Source of the DNA: Hormiphora californensis
Taxonomy: Eukaryota > Animalia > Ctenophora
Assembly: GCA_020137815.1 (NCBI GenBank)
Contig: CM035361.1
Span: 5,766,001 to 5,830,000 of the forward strand
Reading direction: 5' to 3'
Length of the DNA stretch: 64,000 nucleotides
Shown here: in pieces, positions 1 through 10,041 of the stretch
How positions within the stretch are numbered: the first letter of the stretch is position 1
Layout: every line of letters starts with the position of its first letter
Translations under genes and position numbers: made by a program
The notes under the pieces: model-generated
Seen by the model: the letters and a program-made list of their open reading frames with translations, nothing else
Told to the model about the DNA's origin: nothing
The model's database searches: none

Positions 1-250
1 TTTATTTGGTCCGGTCGGTTGCTGAGAGATAGAGAAAGGGTCTGACAGAGAGATAATATCGATGAGAGGGAACGGGAGTGAGATTGTCTCCATTCGGGTT
101 ATTCACGAAGAGGAGTATTTGTCTAGGAGTGTGGGAATGTAAGGACAGAACAGTTAGATGACAATATATTTTGTTAATATTTGGATGATTTGTATCCGTA
201 TTCTTTAATTTTTTACAAACATTTCAAATTCCCGTGAGTGTGATAGTTCA

Positions 251-365
251 GTGACATGGGAGACAGTGGGAGGCAAAGTGACAGGGGTTACAATGGGAGG
301 CAAAGTGACAGGGGTTACAATTGGAGATAAGGTGACAGGGGTGACAAAGGGATATAAGGTGACAG
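251..365. repeat. ~21-27 bp GTGACAGGGGTT minisatellite
   Basis: Repeated GTGACAGGGG(T/G)(T/G)ACAA units. Confidence 0.8.
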
Positions 366-1106
366 GCCCTCACTCACCCCCCTTCCCCAGGTCATCCTGC
401 CTCCTAACTCACCCCCTTCCCCAGGTCATCCTGCCTCCTAACTCACCCCCCTTCCCCAGGTCATCCTGCCTCCTAACTCACCCCCCTTCCCTAGGTCATC
501 CTGACCCCTAACTCACCCCCCTTCCCTAGGTCATCCTGCCTCCTAACTCACCCCCTTCCCCAGGTCATCCTGCCTCCTAACTCACCCCCTTCCCCAGGTT
601 ATCCTGACCCCTAACTCACCCCCCTTCCCCAGGTCATCCTGCCTCCTAACTCACCCCCTTCCCCAGGTCATCCTGCCTCCTAACTCACCCCCTTCCCCAG
701 GTCATCCTGCCTCGTAACTCACCCCCCTTCCCCAGGTTATCCTGACCCCTAACTCACCCCCCTTCCCCAGGTCATCCTGCCTCCTAACTCACCCCACTTC
801 CTTAGGTTATCCTGACCCCTAACTCACCCCCTTCCCCAGGTCATCCTGCCTCCTAACTCACCCCCTTCCCTAGGTTATCCTGACCCCTAACTCACCCCCT
901 TCCCTAGGTCATCCTGCCTCCTAACTCACCTCCCTTCCCTAGGTTATCCTGCCTCCTAACTCACCCCCCTTCCCCAGGTCATCCTGCCTCCTAATTCACC
1001 CCCTTCCCTAGGTTATCCTGCCTCCTAACTCACCCCCTTCCCTAGGTTATCCTGACCCCTAACTCACCCCCTTCCCCAGGTCATCCTGCCTCCTAACTCA
1101 CCCCCC
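366..1106. repeat. ~33-35 bp tandem minisatellite (CTAACTCACCCCCTTCCCCAGGTCATCCTGCCTC)
   Basis: About 20 near-identical head-to-tail copies. Confidence 0.95.
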
Positions 1107-1762
1107 TGTAATTGCAATAGGAGAGACAAAACGAAACGGGTATACATTCAATGTACATGGTGGCTAACTAAGCAGCAGCTGCGTGTGGTGGGAGAAATGG
1201 CTTACCCTATATTTTTTACTATTTTACAACAAATGTCTGAGAGTGACAGAAACATTGTACCGCTGCAGCATGATACGATACACACGGATGTCCGTTAGCT
1301 ACTATTTGAACTCCAGACAGGTTGAGTTTTCAAACCAGCTGCAGCTGGCCCCCTAGCCTTTCGGAATGATGTAAATTTGAAACCAAACGCTAGGGCAATA
1401 ACTTATAAAACCTTATGAGGTCAGTGTTTGACAACACTGTTTGTGGTGTCTCTCTCTCTTTGTCTCAGAGTGACACTCTTACATAGAGATAATCCCAGAA
1501 TCATGATCACCCCGGCCCCCAGACATCTCTTCTCCACTTGTTGAGTTACCTAACAACTGGTTGTGTTGTGTCGTTACGACAGTACGGTACTGGAACATAA
1601 TGCTACCTTTGAATGTGGGGTTCTAAGTTCGAAGAATGAGATTGGAGTGACGTAGTTGTGACGGTGAGGATGAGTAATTCGAGATGTGAACGATAATTAT
1701 AATTACTCAGAATAGAATAATTATTATAGGGATCGCCTCCGTTCGACCTTCATCATGATGAT

Positions 1763-2391
1763 GCTGCAGCAAAGAACAAATCTTGGAAATTACTTCATTT
1801 GGCCGGACTTGTGTTATAAATGGCACATATTATAATAAAAAATGAAGTATTCTTAAGTTATGAAGTATTTTTTCTGGATGCGACAAGAAGCATTTGAATT
1901 CCACAGATTTATGAAGCATTTTCAAATTGAAGTAAATGAAGTGAAGTATCTTCTGATTTGAAAATACTTCAAACAAAATCTGCAACTGATTTATGAAGCA
2001 TTTTCAAATTGAAGTAAATGAAGTGAAGTATCTTCTGAGTGGACAATACTTCAAACAAAATCTGCAGCTGATTGAAGTATTTCAATAGAATTTTTTAAAT
2101 GAAGCAAACAACTGAAGCAAATTTTTCTGCGGTTATTACTTCTATGGTAGAAAAGTTTAACGAAGCAGTATTTATTTCCGAATTATATTAGCGAAGCAAT
2201 TGCCATTTGCTTCACTTTTCTGCAGTTTTTCAAAAATAAAAGTACTTCACAAAAAACACTTCACTCTATTTTTTGAAGATTGAGACACGAGACTTAGCCC
2301 ATCTTGTAGATCTTTTTCTCCTGATCAAGATGGTATAAATAACTCAAAATCGCCAAAATTGCAAATACTTCATTCTAAAAAAAAGGGGCAG
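1763..2391. repeat. AT-rich segment with dispersed GAAGTA/GAAGCA motifs, probable non-autonomous DNA transposon remnant
   Basis: Many GAAGYA/TRCTTC motifs, ~80-bp direct duplication around 1905-2075; boundaries uncertain. Confidence 0.45.
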
Positions 2392-3643
2392 ATTTTCCAT
2401 CATGGTGCTATTTTTCTTTGGCTTGAATTTATCTTTCCAATGAACACCATAAAAATGAAATTGAAGCACCAGGTCACGTTGCAGTTGAGAAAATGCTCAT
2501 GCATGATTTTGGCTCTTCCTGCGACTTTCAATGAGCTGTATCACGGCTGCCTTTTGTTCAATCTTTTTCAAAATTTGGGTGAACATTGGATAAACAAAGA
2601 TCTTTGCTCACAAGAAAAATCAAGGTCAAAACTCAAAGTTCATTTTTCATTTTTGGTAGTTCATTCCACTCATTCAGGAACTAACATCCCTAAAGTCATG
2701 AAAAGTTTTGGGTTTTGTTTGGCCTATGCTCTGCAATGCTAGAGAGGTGTAGTAGCGTGTTTCCGGGCTAGTTTTTGGGTGTCCATGTGATCATGATGAT
2801 ACCTGACACCTTATTTGGGCCATAATTAAGAGATTTTCTCAAGTTGAAGCATGTGACTTGGGTTTTCTGTGATTGATATCGTGAAACAATGTTATGGGAT
2901 CCCATAGCACCCCTAAAATGATGATTAATTCAACAAAATGAGTTGATTTATGATCGAAATTGTTCGTTTAGTTGAGTTTGTCTTCGGTTTAAATCTTTTC
3001 AATAATAAATCAACTCATTTTGTTGAATTAATCATCATTTTAGGGGTGCTATGGGATCCCATAACATTGTTTCACGATATCAATCACAGAAAACCCAAGT
3101 CACATGCTTCAACTTGAGAAAATCTCTTAATTATGGCCCAAATAAGGTGTCAGGTATCATCATGATCACATGGACACCCAAAAACTGCGGGGGGAGTCAG
3201 GTGACAGGATTTTCTGACTCCCTGTGGCAGCCTAGGGCCTAATCTCATGGGGGGTGGGTGCTGCGGGTCCTTCGCAGGAAGGACCCGGGGAGGGAGGTCT
3301 CTCTGGGGAAAGGCCAGGGATAGGTCCCGTAGCCGCGATCCTGGGGCCTGATGGATCAATAAAGTGCGGTCAACTGTAACAAATGGTATTAACACAAATT
3401 GAGGGAATCCTGCCCTACGACCAACACGATAACACTTAGTAAATATATACCAACATTACTCAAGTGCCAATAAAGCTTTTGTGCAAGGGCTCCTGTTGCT
3501 CCAATAACAGGCACCGGCGGGCCAGAATCTGGCCGGGTGAACTTTGAAAAACCGAGTAGGGGCCAGGAGCCCCTGGGGAACCTCTGCCAAAATTTCTAAT
3601 CTCGGCACAGGATAAGTATATCTGAATTGCACTGTACCCAACA

Positions 3644-3714
3644 GCTCCGTGGTCTAATGGCCACAATCTGGGCTAAGAAGCATAAGATGCCAGGTTCAAA
3701 TCCCGGTCAGGCGA
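3644..3714 (+). ncRNA. tRNA-like / Pol III promoter module inside the LINE derivative
   Basis: A box TGGTCTAATGG (3650-3660), B box GGTTCAAATCC (3693-3703), followed by a T-run near 3729; cloverleaf imperfect. Confidence 0.6.
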
Positions 3715-3965
3715 CTTTATAGATATCTTTTTTTTCACTTTTGCTTGATATTGAAACATTTAAATTTCCGATAGTATCGGCGATACACGATACAACAAAA
3801 CAAATATGACAAAGACCAGAAACTGGATTCTGGCAAACTAACAGCACCCGAAAACACCATAAATCAAGCAGAGCTACTGGCAATACAATTGGTAATAAAG
3901 AAACTGCTAGAAATGGGAATGAAGGAGTCACACCTAGTGATCCACACCGACTCTAGCACTACACT

Positions 3966-5364
3966 ATCCCAGTCACAAACCAGGCGATGTATCTAAGAAT
4001 AACCCTGGACAAAAACTCAAACTACAAAGCCCACGTCCAAAATAAAACAGAAACAGTTAAACGATCTGCAAGACCACTGAGACACTTCATGACAACAAAA
4101 TGGGGAATATGCACAGCCCAAGGCAGATACGTTCACGACAATATACTTATGAAGACCCTGGCATATGGGGACAGAGAGTGCTGAAAAACCAAACACTCAA
4201 GATGAAGCTGGAAGCAGCACAGAACCCTATCACTCGAAGGATCACCGGAGAACACGAACACACTCAGCACATAGTGCTAACCACAATGGCAGGAGTGGAC
4301 GATGTCACTTACCATATCAACAAAGAAAGTATCGATAACTATATACACCTGAAGGCTGAGGGAAACTGGTCAACAGACCCCTTCCACGAGCTCATCTAAC
4401 GCACTCGAAAGCTATGAAATTACTCATAATATAACAAGCCTAAAAATTCCTAATGCCATCGACCAGACAAAACACACTGATATATCCTTCGAACAAAACT
4501 CCCAACTGAGCAAGAACAAACTAATAAATGCGTACACAGACGGGTCAAGAATAGAAAAAGACTCAACACACCAGACAGGGGCAGGAGCCATAGTCTACAT
4601 AACCATGACATCATCCTAAAAGAATCCCTGCACCCGAAAACACCATTAACCAAGCAGAGCTACTGGCAATACACTTGGTAACCAAGAAACTACTAGAAAT
4701 GGAAACAAAGGAGTCGCACCTAGTGATCCACACCGACTCTAGCACTACACTGAGAAGACTAACAAGAAATTTCTCAAACTCAAAACAACTAACCGAAACT
4801 CTACGAAGTATACACGAACTGCAAAGAGATAATGGCGTAGAAATAGTAAAGGTGAAAGCCCATGCAAACATAGAAGGTAATGAGAGGGCAGATCAAATAG
4901 CAAAACAAGCGACTGCAAACAGCAAAAACACCCAGAATGCACTGGGACAAACAAAGAGTCAAATAACGACAAAGCTGAAACAACAATACAAGACAGGGAT
5001 AACCGCCGAACTAAAGACAAAAAATTGCTCTGAGTTTACCACAACGATTATCGGGAAGATTATTAAAGAAAACACAAAACTAATCAAAAACAAGGAAACA
5101 ATGAGAAGTCTGACACTGACCATATCGGGCCAGAACAACCTGGGAAGCGCTCTCTCCCACAGAGACCCTTCCATAAATCCCAACTGTGAGTTATGTGGGG
5201 AAAGAGAAAACTCCAAACACAAACTACTAAACTGTCCTGACCTTGACCACCTCAGATACACCCAAGAGTATCAAAACATCAAAGAAAACATATACAATGA
5301 AGACGAGCCACTAGAACTAAAGAAACTCACCAATGTAGTCACCAAATCCGGTCTATTCAAATAA
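3966..5364 (+). pseudogene. LINE ORF2 C-terminal remnant: RT thumb, RNase H, CCHC zinc finger (frameshifted)
   Basis: YTDGS near 4532, NQAELLAI, IHTDS, KVKAHANIEGNERADQIAKQA, CELCGERENSKHKLLNC. Confidence 0.88.
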
Positions 5365-6510
5365 AACATAACGCTACCACCAAAATGATTCTATACCAAC
5401 GGTAGTTCAAAAGTGCACACTGGCAAAGTCCTGATCTCATCAGGTAGAGTCTGTTGAAACCATCACGGCAGAAGCAAATCCGCAACTAGCAAAAGCGCAA
5501 TACAAAACAAGTCACTAGCCTTTGGACTGGCCCCCCACAGCTAGATCGGCAAAACAAAAAGAACAGCGCCACCTGGGTCGACTCGATCATAGCTGCTATG
5601 ACGACTCGATGGACCGAACCCTACCACTGTACCCCGATCAGAGGTACACGCCTGGAAACAGGCAGGTGGTAGTGCACAAATGGTGCCTCATCATGGTGAA
5701 GATGAACGCGCGCCATCGTTCGGCAATTAACCTATTCTGGGGAAACCCAGTACCGTAAGACTGGTACAGTAGTACTAGTGCGCCTGCTGTTGGTGGTGAC
5801 CTTCATGCTCTTTATCGAAACAGTTCTCGTCTGTCGACTCGTGTCTTCCAATGGAAGGGTACTACTAGGGGGTACCGGGGAAACCCGGCGCTACCTTGGT
5901 GGGACCTGACCGGGAGATCGAGCACGGCGCTCTGGGCAGCCATGTGTGTTGGTGACCTGAGGAGAGAATTGTGAAATCAAGGGAACGCTGCTCCCCAACG
6001 ACAGCAAGTGGGTGGAAGTACGGGAGGTACACGACACACACACACCCAAAAACTAGCCCGGAAACACGCTACTACACCTCTCTGGCATTGCAGAGCATAG
6101 GCCAAACAAAACCCAAAACTTTTCATGACTTTAGGGATGTTAGTTCCTGAATGAGTGGAATGAACTACCAAAAATGAAAAATGAACTTTGAGTTTTGACC
6201 TTGATTTTTCTTGTGAGCAAAGATCTTTGTTTATCCAATGTTCACCCAAATTTTGAAAAAGATTGAACAAAAGGGAGCCGTGATACAGCTCATTGAAAGT
6301 CGCAGGAAGAGCCAAAATCATGCATGAGCATTTTCTCAACTGCAACGTGACCTGGTGCTTCAATTTCATTTTTATGGTGTTCATTGGAAAGATAAATTCA
6401 AGCCAAAGAAAAATAGCACCATGATGGAAAATTAGGATGCTCACATCATAAATGAACGAGAAATGAATGAAGGAATGAAAAATGAATTTTCAAATTTTTG
6501 ACAAAAAATT

Positions 6511-8448
6511 ATGGAAAAATTTACCAAGAAATTGATCCAGAGTGCTCCCATGATTTTTATTCTCGCAACTATCGCCGTTTTGACGGGACAACTCGCTAAC
6601 CCTTACCAACAATCCGTGGCCCACCTTGTACAAACGTCTTTTAGGATGAATCCCGTACCGAGCCTTGCATTTACTGCGAAATGGAAAATATCAATACTCA
6701 CTGAGGAATTACAAACTAGTATCCCCATGATAAATCGATTCTTTTCCTGGCGCTTGAGGGTCCGCAAAAATGGTAAATTTCTTGGAGTCTACGTTCATGC
6801 AAACAAGTTAAATAATCCCGGAGACTGGAGATGGGCAGTTCGAATGATTGTTTGGATAACTGGAACGGATCATCGAAAAGTGATGGAAAAGACTGTGTTT
6901 TCGCCAAAGCATTCTACGACTAAAGGCTGGGGTAAATTCATTTCCCTTGACAGACTGAAAGAGTTAGCTACCGATGATGTTTTCTCTCTGGACGTGGAAA
7001 TTGAACAATATACAGCAGAGTGTGCGATACATTACAACAACGGACAGTATAACTGTCTTAACCTACGGCCAATAGAAATCGACTGTACATTTCCAACATC
7101 TGTTTTGACCATCCATGATTTCGAACCGTACGCAGTGACGCACCAGGAAAACTACGCAACATGGGTGGCGTCATTTTGGAGAAGTAAACACGATCGCTTG
7201 ATGTTTGGACTGGCCGGTTTCAATGACCAGACTGGAAACATATTACAGGTTAAAGATACGAATTACAAACTGGCAGTCACTGTTATGGCAGAAGATGCAA
7301 CAGTGCTTGAAAAAAGGCATCTCGTTTTTGGGAAGATAAACTTACGAATTACGGACCCTGTTGAGAGTGTTCGAATAGAAAAGCACATGGGAAATTTGTC
7401 TGTCTTGTTTGAAGTTTACGAAGATGACTATGCAAAAAAGGGTCTCAGACCTTGGATCCGGACCAACTTCGGAATTGAGAGTCTCGGCAAAGCTGGACAT
7501 GGAAACTTTTCCCTTAAAGTCGCTGAAGGAAACGGTGAGCTAAAAGTAAACTCCTATATCCTCTGTCACAACTCTTCGACCTTCAAGGAACTAATTGAGG
7601 AGGGCGGCGAAAAGGAACACGATGTCAGCGACTTCGACCAAGATGCAGTCCGGATGTTTACACGTGTCTGTTATTCAGGTAATTTGGATGAGTTGAGCGA
7701 AGGTACTACATTTCCCGTCTACAAAGATTTGGCAAAAATGCTTCTGGCCTTCAAAGTGGAATGGGCGGAAGATGAATTACTTGAACACTTCAAGAGTCTT
7801 CTTGAAACGGAATCCTTTGCAACCTTCGACGGATTCATGGAATACTGCGACTTTGCTTTAATGATGTGCATAAAGTTTAATTGTCATCCCTTTTTGGAAA
7901 GCATTGTTGCAGGCACCAGTTTATGCCGTGAAGACCTACAAAGGAACGTGTTGAGGATGTTATATGAAGCGAACACCAATGCACAACTAGATCTCGTTAT
8001 GGTTCTTGTGTCCGAAATGGACCTTGTGAACGAGTTTACAGATCAGATCCTGCTACTCATGGAGTCCAAGGATGATCTTTCTAAAGTGAGGTACATAATA
8101 GAGAACTGCGCTTTTCCAGAATGGGTCGATCCTGTCATAAGTATAAAGCTCTTCATAGCAAATTCAACAAAACTGAACATTAACTTTGTTAATAGCTTCA
8201 TAAACATGACCGGTGTGGACGGAATGAGTGGCAAGAAACTAGGAAGTGAACCCCTTCTAGGCGATGGAACCTTGGCAACAGTAGCGAGGAATGTTTGGAT
8301 CAAAGATGTAATTTCTAACTGGCCTGGCACTTGCCACCGACCATTTTGTGATACCAGAAGAGTTCTTGAAGATGAGCACAAAATATACGAAGTTCATTGT
8401 CCAAACGCGGATTGGACGGAATTTGCGAATTTAGTGAGCCGTGGTTAG
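6511..8448 (+). CDS. Intronless MATH- and BTB/POZ-domain protein with N-terminal hydrophobic segment (645 aa)
   Basis: MATH motifs (SWRLRV..FLGVYV, KGWGKFISLDRL); BTB motifs (NFSLKV..LKVNSYILCHNSSTFKELI, DFDQDAVRMFTRVCYSG); hydrophobic MIFILATIAVLTG; ATTAAA at 8647. Confidence 0.88.
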   Translation: MEKFTKKLIQSAPMIFILATIAVLTGQLANPYQQSVAHLVQTSFRMNPVPSLAFTAKWKISILTEELQTSIPMINRFFSWRLRVRKNGKFLGVYVHANKLNNPGDWRWAVRMIVWITGTDHRKVMEKTVFSPKHSTTKGWGKFISLDRLKELATDDVFSLDVEIEQYTAECAIHYNNGQYNCLNLRPIEIDCTFPTSVLTIHDFEPYAVTHQENYATWVASFWRSKHDRLMFGLAGFNDQTGNILQVKDTNYKLAVTVMAEDATVLEKRHLVFGKINLRITDPVESVRIEKHMGNLSVLFEVYEDDYAKKGLRPWIRTNFGIESLGKAGHGNFSLKVAEGNGELKVNSYILCHNSSTFKELIEEGGEKEHDVSDFDQDAVRMFTRVCYSGNLDELSEGTTFPVYKDLAKMLLAFKVEWAEDELLEHFKSLLETESFATFDGFMEYCDFALMMCIKFNCHPFLESIVAGTSLCREDLQRNVLRMLYEANTNAQLDLVMVLVSEMDLVNEFTDQILLLMESKDDLSKVRYIIENCAFPEWVDPVISIKLFIANSTKLNINFVNSFINMTGVDGMSGKKLGSEPLLGDGTLATVARNVWIKDVISNWPGTCHRPFCDTRRVLEDEHKIYEVHCPNADWTEFANLVSRG

Positions 8449-8687
8449 TTGATAGTTCATAGAACACACATCTGTACGGATGGATAAACACTCGATACTT
8501 TCCAGTACCTTTGATTTCACTTGATTGATTCGATGGACCACGATCTAACGATTAGATCTTATTATTATTGTTGTTTTCAATTATTTAGCGTGTGGCAAAA
8601 GAAGTAAAGTGAGGATTGTAAAATGTAATTATCTGTTCAAAAATTCATTAAATGTTTACATGATCATAGTTTTCATTTGGGCTGTAC

Positions 8688-9967
8688 CTGATTTGGGATC
8701 AAATAGGGATGCCTCTTGTTGGCCGCATAACACCCATAACACCTTGCTCCGTGGAACGTAGTCCAAACTTGTCACCGTACCAGAGAGTCCTGGAATATAG
8801 GGTTCTCAATCGTGTTGTTACCACAAACATTTCATAATTAATCATTTAAAATCATCAAATTACCACCAGCTCTGTACTCTGTTTTTCCTAATTATATCAT
8901 CCACTGCACTGAATCACATAAAAGTCTTTTTACCGTCAATTTTATGTATCAACTGAATATCTTGGGTCCAAACTTTGACTGATCGATCAAAACTTCCACT
9001 TAGAATTTGCCAAGTGTTACTTTCGTGGTCTGAAATTACCTGAAATTATATGTTTGAGAGGGAGAGAATTTGCCTAATAACCGGTTACCCTCACATGAGA
9101 TCAGAGATCTGGATATACAAACACTAAGGATTGGGAGTCTCATATCATAAGCTGTATAATTATTACTTTTAGACAGGAAATAGCCAGGAGAGAGATTGTT
9201 ACTTTAACTAGGAGAGAGTAGGAGAGAGATTGTTACTTTAACTAGGAGAGAGCAAGAGAGATTGTTACTTTAACTAGGAGAGAGCACACACTCACCTTTA
9301 GACATGTAATAGCCGCTGAATGGGCCTCCTTCACAGAAGAAATAAGATGTAGTCCCCGATCATTGGGATAAGATGATGTTTCATACATTATCAGAGCTCT
9401 ATCAAATGATCCTGTGTAGATTCTGGATTCAATGCATACTATTGATCTAACTAGGTCCGTGTGATGCGTCACTGTCTCACCTGAAAGTATGTTGTTGAAG
9501 TTATATGGTCAATGTTTTTTGTCTGGCTCGCCGACAAATTGAAATTGTGTTGTTGATAATGACGTGTTCATTCGAAATCAGGAACATAATGATCATTTTC
9601 AAACTTCAATATGAGTAGACCAGGGCATTGCCCATAATTTGCCCAAAAATTAGGGCCCTTGTAAGTCTGGTATCAATCTCAAAACTATTTGGTTCTGGAT
9701 TTAGGATTAGTGGATTAAATCTGGTCTTACATTTTTCATTTAGGTAGGGGGTCGTCAGGCTAGTTCCATTGACGCCAAAAACCTTCACTGACTTATTGAG
9801 GCCTATCACTATCTGTTCTCGTTTGCTATTCCAAGCCACACAGTAAATAGGATTGTTTACGGCGATCTCCTGAGAGAGAGAGATAGAGAGAGATAGAGGG
9901 AGAGAGAGAGAGAGAGCTAGAGAGAGAGAGAGAGATAGAGAGAGAGAGATAGAGAGAGAGAGAGATA

Positions 9968-10041
<74 letters not shown>

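Larger units (their letters stand above)
3187..6041 (+). mobile_element. Internally deleted RNase H-bearing non-LTR retrotransposon (LINE derivative)
   Basis: 13-bp TSD ACACCCAAAAACT at 3174-3186 and 6042-6054; (AC)n 3' tail; RT C-terminal motif YLRITLD..YKAHV; RNase H motifs. Confidence 0.9.
2392..6432. mobile_element. Long foldback palindrome (arms ~560 bp, ~55-bp spacer), right arm interrupted by a LINE derivative
   Basis: 2392-2951 is the reverse complement of 3007-3186 joined to 6055-6432; mirrored ORFs 2359(+) and 5977(-) share the same peptide; no flanking TSD seen. Confidence 0.9.

Noticed and set aside
1107-1760. Continuation exons of the WD40 gene
   Set aside because: No phase-compatible exon with WD40 character found
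5955-5980. Hammerhead-like CTGAGGA...GAAA in the LINE 3' UTR
   Set aside because: No adequate stem II between the core motifs
2359-6444. Duplicated 127/155-aa ORFs on opposite strands (also 15397/16188, 20350/21303, 21680/22372)
   Set aside because: Mirror images from palindrome arms; no protein motifs
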